Shown here in pieces: positions 54,703-64,000 of a stretch of DNA of 64,000 nt. The notes beneath the pieces were generated by a model. It worked only from the letters and a program-made list of their open reading frames with translations. It did no database searches and was not told the DNA's origin. Location: the NCBI GenBank assembly GCA_017443345.1, contig JAFSNR010000039.1, forward strand, positions 6,278 through 70,277, written 5' to 3'. Every line of letters begins with the position of its first letter. Positions within the stretch are counted from its first letter, which is position 1. The position numbers were made by a program, and so were the translations under genes. This DNA is from Prevotella sp. (GTDB lineage Bacteria > Bacteroidota > Bacteroidia > Bacteroidales > Bacteroidaceae).

Positions 54703-55018
54703 GTTCACATTCACTAATCGTATTATTCACTGAAATACAATTGGTTACACGCGTGAATGTGGTTATTTCACATTCACTAATTTGGCCATTTTTAGGTAGT
54801 TTCAGCGGAAAAGTTTGCATTTCGACTGAATTTTTAGTATCTATGCAGGACAAAAAACACACTTTAAATATGAAGATAACGGTTGTCAACAGCAGAACAA
54901 AGGGGCAATAGGATAAAGGAGATATAGCTTGCTGATGGTAAGTGAATGTGAATGAAGCACCATCACTTTAGTTAAACTCCTGTATTACAAAAGATTAAGA
55001 GCAATAGTGAATGTGAAC
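54703..55018. repeat. Two direct plus two inverted copies of TTCACATTCACT
   Basis: Forward copies start at 54704 and 54767; reverse copies at 54941-52 and 55006-17. Confidence 0.9.
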
Positions 55019-55043
55019 CATGAAAAGTCTCCTACTATATATG

Positions 55044-56657
55044 TTACTCCCTTTGTAGTATCCAGATACTATAGCCTCGGTTAGGGGCTTTGATTGTGGC
55101 GCAGCCATCAGAAGATACAATGGCTGTCTCGTCAGGATTCAGGATGTTGACGAGGGTCTGGCCGGACCAGTCGGTGAAGCTATCACAGTTGACAGAAAGG
55201 GTGACGGAGAGCGTATCGGTATCGTGATTGTTGAGCATGATGATGGCACCGTCTTTTATACCATTTCCCTGACGGCGGGCGACATAGGCACGACGGGTAA
55301 TGTCGGCTGGCTCTGGTTGGCCCGTCTCAGTTAGGACGGTCAGCGTGCCGCCGAGATACTGACGGCGGATGTCAATCAGTTGGCGGATGGCCTGCTGAAG
55401 GTCTGCAGGTGCCGTGACTTCGATCGACTTGTCGTCCACGTCGTGCTGGGTGACGGCATAGTAGTGTGGATAGAAAACGCAGGGTGTCCCCTCATGGGTG
55501 AGAATATAGGCGTAAGCCATGGCAAAATCCTTAACCAGCCATTTGTCGTGCTCCTTGCCAGTGTCGTGGTTATCGACGAAAGTCACGACGTTTCCGGCAG
55601 GCAGGGCAAAGCCATCGCTGTTACGTATCATCCCCGCATGAGCCAGCTGCGACATGTCGAACTCATCGCCCGACTTGTTGCACATATCGGTGAGCGTGAA
55701 CTTCAGAGGGAAGTCGAAGGCATGGACGTCGGCACCGCCAGCCGCCACGCTGTCCACCCACTCACGGATATACTGCCCGTCGGCAGCCCAATACTCGCCG
55801 ACGATGAACGGCTGCTTGCCGTCGTGCAAGGGCAACCCCTTCACCCATCGGCTGACAAACTCTGGCTGCAAGCCGCGCACGAAATCGAGACGGAAACCAT
55901 CGAATCCGACAGTCCCCTTCAACCACTTACCCCAATCGCAGAGCCGCTGCTGCACCTCCTCATTGTAGGTATCGAGGTCGTTGCCGAAGAACTTGGTCCT
56001 GGGACGCAGCACATCGTCGGTGAAGTCGGTCAGCGAGTCACTGTCCGTCGACGGATGGAAGTGCTGATAGTGCCATTCATAGTTAGGCTCACCCTCACCC
56101 GTGTGCTTGGGAAAGAAAAGGTTTGTGCGGGTGTATGCCACGGAGTCCACCCAGCGGATGTCGCTCTCGGGATATGGTTCTCCCTTACCTGCCTTGACAT
56201 AATTTGTAACGACGGGATTCGCCTCCAGATTCTCATCACCTCCATAGAGGTGGTTCAGCACCACGTCGGAATAGACGCTGATGCCCGCCTCGTGCATCGC
56301 ACAAATCAACTGTTCCAACTCCGCCCTGCTGCCATAGCGGGTCTCAACGCTGCCTTTCTGGTCGTAGTTGCCCAGGTCATAGTGGTCGTAGATGCCGTAG
56401 CCGCTATCCACGATACCCCAGTTGCCCTTGGCGGGAATGGGGGTCCACAGGCTGCTGATGCCAGCGGCTTTCAGTTCGGGGGCCTTCTCGCGCAGATGAT
56501 TCCACCACGAACCATCCTTAGCTTGTTCATCCACTGGCACATCCCAATAGAACGCCTGCATCATCACATCGTTAAGCAGAGCAGGTTGCTCGTCCTTTAC
56601 GGATGAGCAACCTGCGAAAACAACTATACTAACTACATATAAACCAATCCTCTTCAT
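55044..56657 (-). CDS. GH13 alpha-amylase, lipoprotein
   Basis: Lipobox 'FAGC'; conserved regions 'DVVLNH', 'GFRLDFV', 'VGEYW', 'FVDNHD'. Confidence 0.92.
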   Translation of the reverse strand: MKRIGLYVVSIVVFAGCSSVKDEQPALLNDVMMQAFYWDVPVDEQAKDGSWWNHLREKAPELKAAGISSLWTPIPAKGNWGIVDSGYGIYDHYDLGNYDQKGSVETRYGSRAELEQLICAMHEAGISVYSDVVLNHLYGGDENLEANPVVTNYVKAGKGEPYPESDIRWVDSVAYTRTNLFFPKHTGEGEPNYEWHYQHFHPSTDSDSLTDFTDDVLRPRTKFFGNDLDTYNEEVQQRLCDWGKWLKGTVGFDGFRLDFVRGLQPEFVSRWVKGLPLHDGKQPFIVGEYWAADGQYIREWVDSVAAGGADVHAFDFPLKFTLTDMCNKSGDEFDMSQLAHAGMIRNSDGFALPAGNVVTFVDNHDTGKEHDKWLVKDFAMAYAYILTHEGTPCVFYPHYYAVTQHDVDDKSIEVTAPADLQQAIRQLIDIRRQYLGGTLTVLTETGQPEPADITRRAYVARRQGNGIKDGAIIMLNNHDTDTLSVTLSVNCDSFTDWSGQTLVNILNPDETAIVSSDGCATIKAPNRGYSIWILQRE

Positions 56658-58246
56658 ACGCTTGTAATGTTAGCCGTATTATTATTGGCATTCAGAACAA
56701 TCTTATATGTACCAGCACTGATGTGGATATTCGGGCCGTCCTGCGTCAAGGCGTTCAAGTCGCCTCCTAGGTTGATTGCCCATGAGGCATCCCAGCGGAA
56801 CTTGATATCACCGTCGCTGACGGTAATCGTTGTTGACCATGTATCTGTCTCTGGGTCATAGTCCATCACCTGTCCTTTGTCCCAGCCGCCAGCCGTGGCG
56901 TCACCGATAACCTCCCAGGCCGTCTTTGAAAGTGAGGCCACCATCTTCTTCGTGTCAGCCGTAATCTTATAGTAGGCACTCTCAGGTATCACGATGTTTG
57001 CACCGTCACCCATCACGAAGTCGGCCTTGGTATGGGCATCGTTCCAAGTAAAGTCACCCACAATGCCAATCCACGAGCCGCTGTCATAGAACTTGAATTC
57101 AGTTCCTTCGGCGAAGTAGTAAGCACCCGTGTACTTGAAGTCACGAGCCTCCGATACCACCTTATACACATTGTCAGCCTCAGGTCCCCAGCCCTGATAA
57201 CTGCCAGGCAGTGTCATGAAGGCGCTGGAGAGTTCGATGGTGGTTTTCTCCATCGCATAGGTATATTTACCCGCTGTGGTCAGGTCGAGAGTAATGATGT
57301 AGGCTGCATCAGCAGGCACTTTGATATTGGCTCCATTGCGGGCCAGCCCATTCTCCGTCACACCGTCGCCACCGTAGTTGATAGTCCAGTCGCTGTTGGC
57401 ACGGAACTTGAACTCATTGGCCGTCATTGACGTGATGACTGTCCAGAGGCGGGTGTCGGCATCGTACTCCATCTTTGTGTCATCGCTCCAACCGCCTGAG
57501 GTGGCATCACCGATGACGCCCCATGTATTGCACGCCCACGATTGGCTCACGGTGCCGTCGGCCTCCAGTGTTACCTCCACAAACCCCTGGCCTTTTTCTT
57601 CTACTTCCACGCCCTGTGCCAAGACCTTTGTAATATTCTTGCCATCAAGTATGGCAAACGTAGAATCATTATCAAATTGCACATAACCCTGGTAGACACC
57701 ATCCCCGTCGGGGTCACCAATCAGATAGGCTTTCGTATAATCCCAATCGGGATAGCCCACAGCCACATATGCATAGGGCCAATCGATATTGTCCACATTC
57801 GGATCGTAGGGTGTAGCCTTGAATGTGACTGTATTCGTGGCTTCGTTCTGATACACGTCGAAAGCTGTTGATTTCAACGATACAGTGAAGTCGTAGGCCT
57901 GTCCGGGATAGGCACCGATACTGGCCAGAATAGTGTTCATCTCAGCATTGGTCAATGAGAGTTTTGTGTCGCCCGTCTCACCGATGACAATGCTCTTCTG
58001 ATTACTATTGTTGGTCAGCGTTACAGCGTAGTTGACCACTGCGCCTGTGCCGTAATTGGCCTTCTCCCATGTAATGTCTGGGAACAGTGCCGTGCTGTTG
58101 TCCTTCGTGATGGAAATTTCGGCAGGCGTGACGGCATTCAGCGTAGCAGCCTGACGCAACTCCAGTACGGGATCAGTGGTGTCCTCTGCGCATGATGCAA
58201 GTGCAAGGACTCCTGCCGAAAGGAAAAATATCTTCTTGAATTTCAT
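56654..58246 (-). CDS. SusE/SusF-like starch-binding outer-membrane lipoprotein
   Basis: Lipobox 'LASC'; SusE N-terminal 'ITWEKANYG'; repeated 'WGVIGDATSGGW...FKFR' modules. Confidence 0.88.
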   Translation of the reverse strand: MKFKKIFFLSAGVLALASCAEDTTDPVLELRQAATLNAVTPAEISITKDNSTALFPDITWEKANYGTGAVVNYAVTLTNNSNQKSIVIGETGDTKLSLTNAEMNTILASIGAYPGQAYDFTVSLKSTAFDVYQNEATNTVTFKATPYDPNVDNIDWPYAYVAVGYPDWDYTKAYLIGDPDGDGVYQGYVQFDNDSTFAILDGKNITKVLAQGVEVEEKGQGFVEVTLEADGTVSQSWACNTWGVIGDATSGGWSDDTKMEYDADTRLWTVITSMTANEFKFRANSDWTINYGGDGVTENGLARNGANIKVPADAAYIITLDLTTAGKYTYAMEKTTIELSSAFMTLPGSYQGWGPEADNVYKVVSEARDFKYTGAYYFAEGTEFKFYDSGSWIGIVGDFTWNDAHTKADFVMGDGANIVIPESAYYKITADTKKMVASLSKTAWEVIGDATAGGWDKGQVMDYDPETDTWSTTITVSDGDIKFRWDASWAINLGGDLNALTQDGPNIHISAGTYKIVLNANNNTANITSV

Positions 58247-58267
58247 AATTCTTTTGTTGCTTTAAGT

Positions 58268-59887
58268 TTAATAACCTTCGTTCTGTCTAAGATTCTCGTT
58301 AGATCCGATGTCGTCTGAGGGAATGGGATAGACGGCATAGAAACTATCTACAGCTTTGCCTTCTGCCACGCCACCCTTCCAGGGCCAAACATAGTCACCG
58401 CTTGTGTACTTACCGAAACGTACGAGGTCGGTACGACGCTGTGCCTCGTAGAACATCTCGCGTCCACGCTCGTCGAGCATGAAGTTCAGGTTGAAGTCGC
58501 TATCAGAGATCGGTGCAGCCAACTTATCGGTATAGGCACGTTTGCGCAGGTCGTTCAAGTAACCAAGTGCCTCGGCCTTTGTCGCACCCTGTCCGCCACG
58601 AAGCACAGCCTCGGCTAAGTTCAGGTAAATCTCACCCAAGCGGAACAAGGGGAAGTCCGTCCATGCCTCCGAGGAAGCAGGTTTTGAACCATCCTTATAG
58701 ACATTATAGAACTTGGTGACGGGGATGCCATTGTTCACGAAATTAGCCTCGTTGGTAATCTCGAAGCTGGTGGTGGCATCGGTACGAAGCATCTGCCGAC
58801 GGCTGTCCTTGTCCATGTCGTTCTCACGGGTAAAGATGTTGTAAAGTGATGACTTGGCACGTACCCCCTGCCAGGCACCCTTAGCGTTGGTCTCTTCCTG
58901 GAACTCACTACTGCCCCAGCACAACAGAGCCGTCATACCTCCCCACGTCATGGTTTCCTCACCCTCGTAGCGGCAAGGCATAATCATCTCCTTCGAGTGG
59001 TCATTGTCTGCCTTGAACATATCGCCGTAGTTCTCTTCCAACTGGTAGCCTGCACTGATGACCTTCTTCGAGTAGGTGATGCAGTCGGTGTAGCGGTTCT
59101 CGCCCACGTAGGTCTCGGCATTCAAGTAAAGACGACTGAGTGCTGCCCACATACAAGCCTTATTGACGTGACCGTAACTGTCGCTCCACCCCACTACAGG
59201 ATTGGCGAGGTCGCTTTCACAGGCCAGCATCTCACTCTCGATATACTTGAACAGGTCTGCCGCATTAATCTGTTGGGGACGGTCACTGCCCACGGTGCTG
59301 TTCTCATCGACAAACGGCACATTACGATAGAGATCAAGGGCATACTGGTACATCAAAGCACGCATAAAACGGGCTTCGGCACGATACTGCGTCACCTTTG
59401 CCTTCATTTGTTCAGAACAGCCGCGATCAGAAAGTTTTCCGTCTGAAGCCTCACGCAAGAAAGCATTACAAAGATTAATCTGATAGAATAGACGATAATA
59501 TGAGCCTTTCACCCAAGGAGAGGATGCAGCCCAAGAGATATGATTGAAGTCGGGAATACCGGGGTCGTTCCAACAACAGTGAGCCATATCGGAAGCCAGT
59601 TCCTGCATATTCCACAATACACGGATGAACGATGCCTGTGAACCGCCGTCGATGCCGACCACGTCCTGCTCGTCATCACCGCCTTTGTTACCGCCTATCA
59701 CCAGTCCGGCATATATCTTTGCCAGACTCTCCTCGTAGGCGCCAATTTCGTTTCCGAAAACCACTTCGGAAACAAGGTCATCCTTATCAATGGGCACGGT
59801 GTCAAGGTCGCCCGTGCATGATGTCGTGCCCAGCATTGTTCCAACGAGGGCAGCAGACAGGATATATTTGTATTTCATTGTTTTCAT
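58268..59887 (-). CDS. susD: SusD/RagB family lipoprotein
   Basis: Lipobox 'TTSC', 'AEARFMRA', 'LFRLGEIYLNLAEA', 'ERGREMFYEAQRRTDLVRFG', 'YPIP'. Confidence 0.95.
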   Translation of the reverse strand: MKTMKYKYILSAALVGTMLGTTSCTGDLDTVPIDKDDLVSEVVFGNEIGAYEESLAKIYAGLVIGGNKGGDDEQDVVGIDGGSQASFIRVLWNMQELASDMAHCCWNDPGIPDFNHISWAASSPWVKGSYYRLFYQINLCNAFLREASDGKLSDRGCSEQMKAKVTQYRAEARFMRALMYQYALDLYRNVPFVDENSTVGSDRPQQINAADLFKYIESEMLACESDLANPVVGWSDSYGHVNKACMWAALSRLYLNAETYVGENRYTDCITYSKKVISAGYQLEENYGDMFKADNDHSKEMIMPCRYEGEETMTWGGMTALLCWGSSEFQEETNAKGAWQGVRAKSSLYNIFTRENDMDKDSRRQMLRTDATTSFEITNEANFVNNGIPVTKFYNVYKDGSKPASSEAWTDFPLFRLGEIYLNLAEAVLRGGQGATKAEALGYLNDLRKRAYTDKLAAPISDSDFNLNFMLDERGREMFYEAQRRTDLVRFGKYTSGDYVWPWKGGVAEGKAVDSFYAVYPIPSDDIGSNENLRQNEGY

Positions 59888-59902
59888 CTTTACTTATTTG
59901 TT

Positions 59903-62902
59903 TTAGAAATTCAGGTTTACGCCTAACATGAACGAGCGGGGACGAGGATAGATTTCCTTGTCGATGCCCTCACCACTGATTTCAGGGTCAAGTCCGCTAT
60001 ACTTCGTGATAACAAACGGATTCTGCACAGTGAAATAAACTCTTGCGCTCTGCTTGTCGTTGAAGAGTTTCGGGAAAGTATATCCCAGCGTGATATTATC
60101 CATACGGAAGAACGAAGCGTTCTGGATATAATAACTGCTACGGTACTGCCCAGCTTTGAAGTCGTGATCCCATGCAGATTCCAGACGGTTCTTCAGGAAA
60201 CCGCTCTGGTCGTACATCTGTGAGCCATCCCATGCCTCACGGTTTGACTGTACATTATTATATACGTAGTTGCCGAAACTTGCACGGACGGCAAACGACA
60301 AGTCCCAGTTCTTATAGGAAATCTGGTTGCTCAATCCCATATATACATCTGGAGCCGACTTCTTATAAGCAATCAGGTCTTCCTCGTCGATCTTGTTGTC
60401 GCTGTTCTGGTCAACGTATGCACCCTCGATGGGCTTGCCGTTGGTATCATACATCTGCTCGAACACATAGAAGGAATTATAGGGATTGTTCACGGCATTG
60501 ATCTGAATCTTATAGCCTGTGGCTCCGTCGATGTCACCGTGAATCACACCTTTATACGAAGGATCGTCGTTGAAGGTCAGTTTGGTAATCTCGTTTTTGT
60601 TGTATGAGACATTGTAACTCACTGTCCAGTGCCAGTCCTTCGTATCAACGGGATGGGCTGTCAACGACAGTTCAATACCCTTGTTCTCCAATGTTCCCAC
60701 GTTTGTCAGCAGTTCGTTGCTGAAGTTCGTACCTGCAGGTGCGGTTACGGTGTTCAGCAGATTATCGGTCTTGCGGTAATAGTAATCCAATGTTCCCGTA
60801 ATCTTATTGTTCAGGAATCCGAAGTCCAGACCGACATTATAGGTCGTGGTCTCTTCCCATTTCAGATTCTCGTCGTAAGCCTGTGGGGCTATCAGTCGGT
60901 ATTTCGTGTTGCCGAAATAGTAGTTGGCACCAGCCTTTGAGTAAGAGTAACGGGCCAGATAGGGATAGTCGCCGTTATTCAGATTCTGCTGGCCCGTGAT
61001 TCCATAGCCCAAGCGGAGTTTCAAGTCTGAGATGGCCTTTACTTCCCTCAAGAATGGCTCATCGTTGATACGCCATGCCAGAGCGACAGATGGGAAGAGT
61101 CCCCAACGGTTTTCCTTGCTGAAGCGTGAAGAACCGTCGTCACGCAGGGTGAATGTAAAGAGATAACGGTCAAGCAGTGTGTAGTTCAAGCGTCCGAAGA
61201 AAGATACAAGATAGTTCTCAGTCTTGTTCTCCTCCATATCTTTATAGTACTCAGTGCCTTTCTCTTTGGCGAATTTCTCTGAATAAGGATACTTTGTCCA
61301 GTCTGATTTGTAGAAATGCTGCCAAGAATAACCGGCCATTACATCGATGGCGTGTGCACCAAAGGTGTTGGCATAGTCCAGATAGAATTCCAGAAGCGTA
61401 TTACGTTTCAACTGCCAGTAGCTGGTGTTTTCACCGAAGCCAGCTTTGTAGTTGCCTGCGCTCCATGTCATTGGGGAGTTGTCAGCAATCACCACGTCGC
61501 CTTCACCTTTCGACACGTCGTAACCAAGATTCAGGTTGACACGCAGTTCGGGCAGGAAGTGGAACTTGTAATCAAGCTGTGCGTTGCCGATGCTGCGATA
61601 GACGGTCGACTTGTCGCTCTTCGAGTCGAGCATCGAGACGGGATTGGTCAGACCGATATCCACGGGCAGTCCGTTCACGGGGTTAAGATACATGAAATAG
61701 CCGTTGCCATACTCCGAGCCAGTCATATAGACAGGTTGAGTCGGATCGTACTGCGTAGCCAGATTCACAGCACCCATGTCAGGGAAGCGATTTGTGGTGT
61801 AGATGCCCTTCGCGTTCAACTGAATATTCAGATGTTTGTCAAAGAGTTGTGGATTGAGGCTGATGGCACCCGTCAGACGATCCATATTTGAAGTCTTGAT
61901 GATACCGTTTTCGTTGGTATAGCCAACGGACACGCGGTAAGGCATATTGTGCAAGGCTCCCGACACATTGACGTTGTGGTCAGTACTGACGGCAGTACGG
62001 TAAATCTCCTTCTGCCAGTCAGTACTGTTTGTCCCGATGGCGGCTACCTGTGGACTGCCTGCACCAAACCTTGCAGTAACAAACTGCTTGAAGCTCTCAG
62101 CTGACATCACATCCACGTCATTGGCGCGGGTGCTGATTTTCACGTTGCCGCTATAGCCCACTTTCACCTTTCCAGCCTGACCCTTCTTCGTGGTGATGAT
62201 AATCACACCGTTAGAGGCACGGCTTCCATAGATAGCAGTGGCAGAGGCATCCTTCAGAATCGTAAAGGTCTCGATGTCATTAGGATGGACGGTGGCCAAG
62301 GGGTTGCGCATACCGCTGATGTCGCCGTCATCCACTGGTACGCCGTCAATCACAACGAGTGGATTATTCGAGGCTGACATTGACGAACCGCCACGAATAC
62401 GGATAGTGGCACCACCACCAGGAGCACCGCCATCTGTAATCACACTGACACCTGCAGCCTGGCCGACGAGCATATCGGTTGCCGAAGTAACGGCACCCTT
62501 CACTAACTTGTCAGCACCGAGAGCAGTAACTGAACCCGTCAGGTCGTTTTTCTTCACACGACCATAGCCGATGACCACCACTTCTTCCAGTGCTTCCGTG
62601 TCATCTTCCATGCGGATGGTAACAATGGGAGCAGCCAGAGCCGTAGCATCCTTGTAACCCACATACGAGACGGTCAGACGATCACCCTGATTCGCCTGCA
62701 GGATAAAGTTTCCGTCGAAGTCGGTCACCGTTCCGCCACTTCCGTTTACTCGGACAGTAGCACCGATTACGCCTTCTCCGGTAGCATCCACTACATGCCC
62801 CTTGACCGTAATCTGCTGGCCAAAGGCACTCGCTGAAAGGATCAAGCCGAACAATACGGCCATCATCCTCAGAGGCATTTTGAAATGTACCTGTTTCATC
62901 AT
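59903..62902 (-). CDS. susC: SusC/RagA TonB-dependent transporter
   Basis: 'LEEVVVIGYG', 'LKDASATAIYGSRASNGVIIITTK', 'WEETTTYNVG', 'YPRPRSFMLGVNLNF'. Confidence 0.97.
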   Translation of the reverse strand: MMKQVHFKMPLRMMAVLFGLILSASAFGQQITVKGHVVDATGEGVIGATVRVNGSGGTVTDFDGNFILQANQGDRLTVSYVGYKDATALAAPIVTIRMEDDTEALEEVVVIGYGRVKKNDLTGSVTALGADKLVKGAVTSATDMLVGQAAGVSVITDGGAPGGGATIRIRGGSSMSASNNPLVVIDGVPVDDGDISGMRNPLATVHPNDIETFTILKDASATAIYGSRASNGVIIITTKKGQAGKVKVGYSGNVKISTRANDVDVMSAESFKQFVTARFGAGSPQVAAIGTNSTDWQKEIYRTAVSTDHNVNVSGALHNMPYRVSVGYTNENGIIKTSNMDRLTGAISLNPQLFDKHLNIQLNAKGIYTTNRFPDMGAVNLATQYDPTQPVYMTGSEYGNGYFMYLNPVNGLPVDIGLTNPVSMLDSKSDKSTVYRSIGNAQLDYKFHFLPELRVNLNLGYDVSKGEGDVVIADNSPMTWSAGNYKAGFGENTSYWQLKRNTLLEFYLDYANTFGAHAIDVMAGYSWQHFYKSDWTKYPYSEKFAKEKGTEYYKDMEENKTENYLVSFFGRLNYTLLDRYLFTFTLRDDGSSRFSKENRWGLFPSVALAWRINDEPFLREVKAISDLKLRLGYGITGQQNLNNGDYPYLARYSYSKAGANYYFGNTKYRLIAPQAYDENLKWEETTTYNVGLDFGFLNNKITGTLDYYYRKTDNLLNTVTAPAGTNFSNELLTNVGTLENKGIELSLTAHPVDTKDWHWTVSYNVSYNKNEITKLTFNDDPSYKGVIHGDIDGATGYKIQINAVNNPYNSFYVFEQMYDTNGKPIEGAYVDQNSDNKIDEEDLIAYKKSAPDVYMGLSNQISYKNWDLSFAVRASFGNYVYNNVQSNREAWDGSQMYDQSGFLKNRLESAWDHDFKAGQYRSSYYIQNASFFRMDNITLGYTFPKLFNDKQSARVYFTVQNPFVITKYSGLDPEISGEGIDKEIYPRPRSFMLGVNLNF

Positions 62903-62954
62903 TTTACTGTTTAAGTTATTGTTAATTGTTATACAAAAGAGGTTTCTTCGTAAA

Positions 62955-63036
62955 GTGCCGATTCCGATTCACCATCCTCCGTGCTTGTGTAATGATGAAG
63001 CAGGTATAGAGCTTATCTGGCTATCGAAAACGGCAC
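62955..63036. promoter_or_regulatory. Inverted repeat in the susC 5' leader
   Basis: GTGCCGATTCCGAT (62955-68) versus ATCGAAAACGGCAC (63023-36), 12/14 complementary. Confidence 0.5.
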
Positions 63037-63085
63037 AAGGCTTTCTGATTCACATCGGTAATTGATGCCTCAAATTAACTCGATG

Positions 63086-63116
63086 CAAAGATAAGAAGAA
63101 ATGAAAAACGGACAAA
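63086..63116 (-). promoter_or_regulatory. susC promoter
   Basis: TTTG (63116-13), N19, TATCTTTG (63093-86). Confidence 0.8.
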
Positions 63117-63142
63117 TGGCGAGTAGAAAGATTGTAGAAACG

Positions 63143-63184
63143 AAAAAGGCGCAAATCCTTTTCTTACAAGAGCTTGCGCTTTCT
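63143..63184 (-). terminator. Possible terminator after the susR-like gene
   Basis: GCGCAA / TTGCGC stem followed by CTTTTT on the minus strand; the loop is long. Confidence 0.4.
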
Positions 63185-63215
63185 GATAGGAGTTGAATTT
63201 GTAGTTGTCGTGTAA

Positions 63216-64000
63216 CTAAATCCGCATGACATCCTGCTCGAAAGTTTCACGGTTGATGGCCTTATTACGCATATTAGTTCGATAGTTGTAAACCGTCGAG
63301 GATGAACAACGAAGGAACTCCTGTACTTTTTGACTATCGGATATGCCAAGTTTTAGCAGAGCATAGATGCGTAGTTCCGTGTTCAACCTTTCTCCCTTTT
63401 TGGGATTAATTTGAGCTTCCGGACGCAATAGAGCATTAAAGTTTTTCAGGAAATTCGGGTATATGTGGAGGAATGCTTCATCGAAATTGTTATAGAAATC
63501 ATTTACTTCCTGATTGATGTAGCGGGTGGACTTAACCGCCTCATATAGATCTTTGAAATTGTGCTTGTTGGCTATCTTATTTAATTGACTCCGGTAATGC
63601 TCCATTTTATATATGTATTCCATACAAAGATTCATAAAGCGGGTTACATATTCCTCCTTCACCTTATTTGCCGCGACAACCTGTTCATTAGCCTCCTTCA
63701 GTTGCTTGTTGGCCATCAGCAACTGCACATTCGTGTTTGTCACCTGATTGTTTACTTTCATTAGTTCCTTCTCAGACTTTCGTAGCAAGTTCATCTTCCT
63801 GTGGAGTACTATAAGCGTGACAACTAACAATATCAATAACATGCTGATTACGGCAGCGGTGGCGATAAGTGCGTTTCTTGTATCTTGTTTCTGCTTTACT
63901 ACGGCAGAGTCAATGACAGACAAGAAAGATGATGTCTCGACCATCCTCATTCGAGCATTACAAGCTTTCGCATCGTCAATACAGCGGTGAATATAGGTAT
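63216..64000 (-). CDS. susR: SusR-like (DUF6377) membrane-spanning transcriptional regulator, partial
   Basis: The frame stays open to the window edge (TYIHRCIDDAKACNARMR); TM segment; 'EEYVTRFM', 'FDEAFLHIYPNF', 'LNTELRIYALLKLGI', 'TVYNYR'. Confidence 0.85.
   Translation of the reverse strand, partial: TYIHRCIDDAKACNARMRMVETSSFLSVIDSAVVKQKQDTRNALIATAAVISMLLILLVVTLIVLHRKMNLLRKSEKELMKVNNQVTNTNVQLLMANKQLKEANEQVVAANKVKEEYVTRFMNLCMEYIYKMEHYRSQLNKIANKHNFKDLYEAVKSTRYINQEVNDFYNNFDEAFLHIYPNFLKNFNALLRPEAQINPKKGERLNTELRIYALLKLGISDSQKVQEFLRCSSSTVYNYRTNMRNKAINRETFEQDVMRI

Noticed and set aside
54596-54781. Possible mini-CRISPR or retron msr-msd
   Set aside because: The repeats are too few and too short, with no unique spacers, and no cas or reverse transcriptase gene is in the window.
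54391-54889. 85-aa (+) and 65-aa (-) ORFs in the padR-amylase intergenic region
   Set aside because: They run through promoter boxes and repeats (the SECE motifs simply translate the repeat); there is no coding signal.
55380-56606. 408-aa plus-strand ORF
   Set aside because: Antisense shadow of the GH13 amylase.
1-64000. tRNA, rRNA, transposase, integrase or prophage genes
   Set aside because: None was recognised by eye. tRNAscan-SE, Infernal and ISEScan runs would be needed to exclude them formally.

Overview
Bacteroidota chromosome segment, most likely a Prevotella-type anaerobe (inferred from gene content and many TTTG-N19/20-TAnnTTTG sigma-A promoters). Layout: (1) 1-9.6 kb housekeeping block: YfcE-type phosphoesterase (partial, missed by the ORF track), MATE pump, S8 protease, xseAB, ilvE, trmB, a BspA-type LRR protein and mrp. 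(2) 9.7-33.0 kb: a co-oriented minus-strand run of about 24 genes resembling an aryl-polyene/flexirubin-type lipid cluster (several ketosynthases, ACPs, dehydratases, DarA/DarB, acyltransferases, MMPL, LolA-like). It is headed by a UpxY/NusG-type antiterminator and no ammonia-lyase is visible. (3) 33.1-36.3 kb: divergent ACP / acyl-AMP ligase / acyltransferase / ACP unit. (4) 36.2-45.1 kb: TolC-HlyD-two ABC-2 permeases, a coiled-coil protein and cydAB. (5) 45.2-52.3 kb: accessory patch with vapBC, gene remnants, TlpA/TPR genes sharing signal peptides and a TPR-HTH regulator. (6) padR-pspC, then a 620-bp intergenic region rich in inverted and tandem repeats. (7) A starch PUL (amylase, susE/F-like, susD, susC, partial susR). 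A family of 7/8-mer tandem repeats recurs at gene junctions and inside CDSs across the window. No rRNA, tRNA, CRISPR array or transposase was recognised. All family assignments come from motif recognition by eye, not from database searches.
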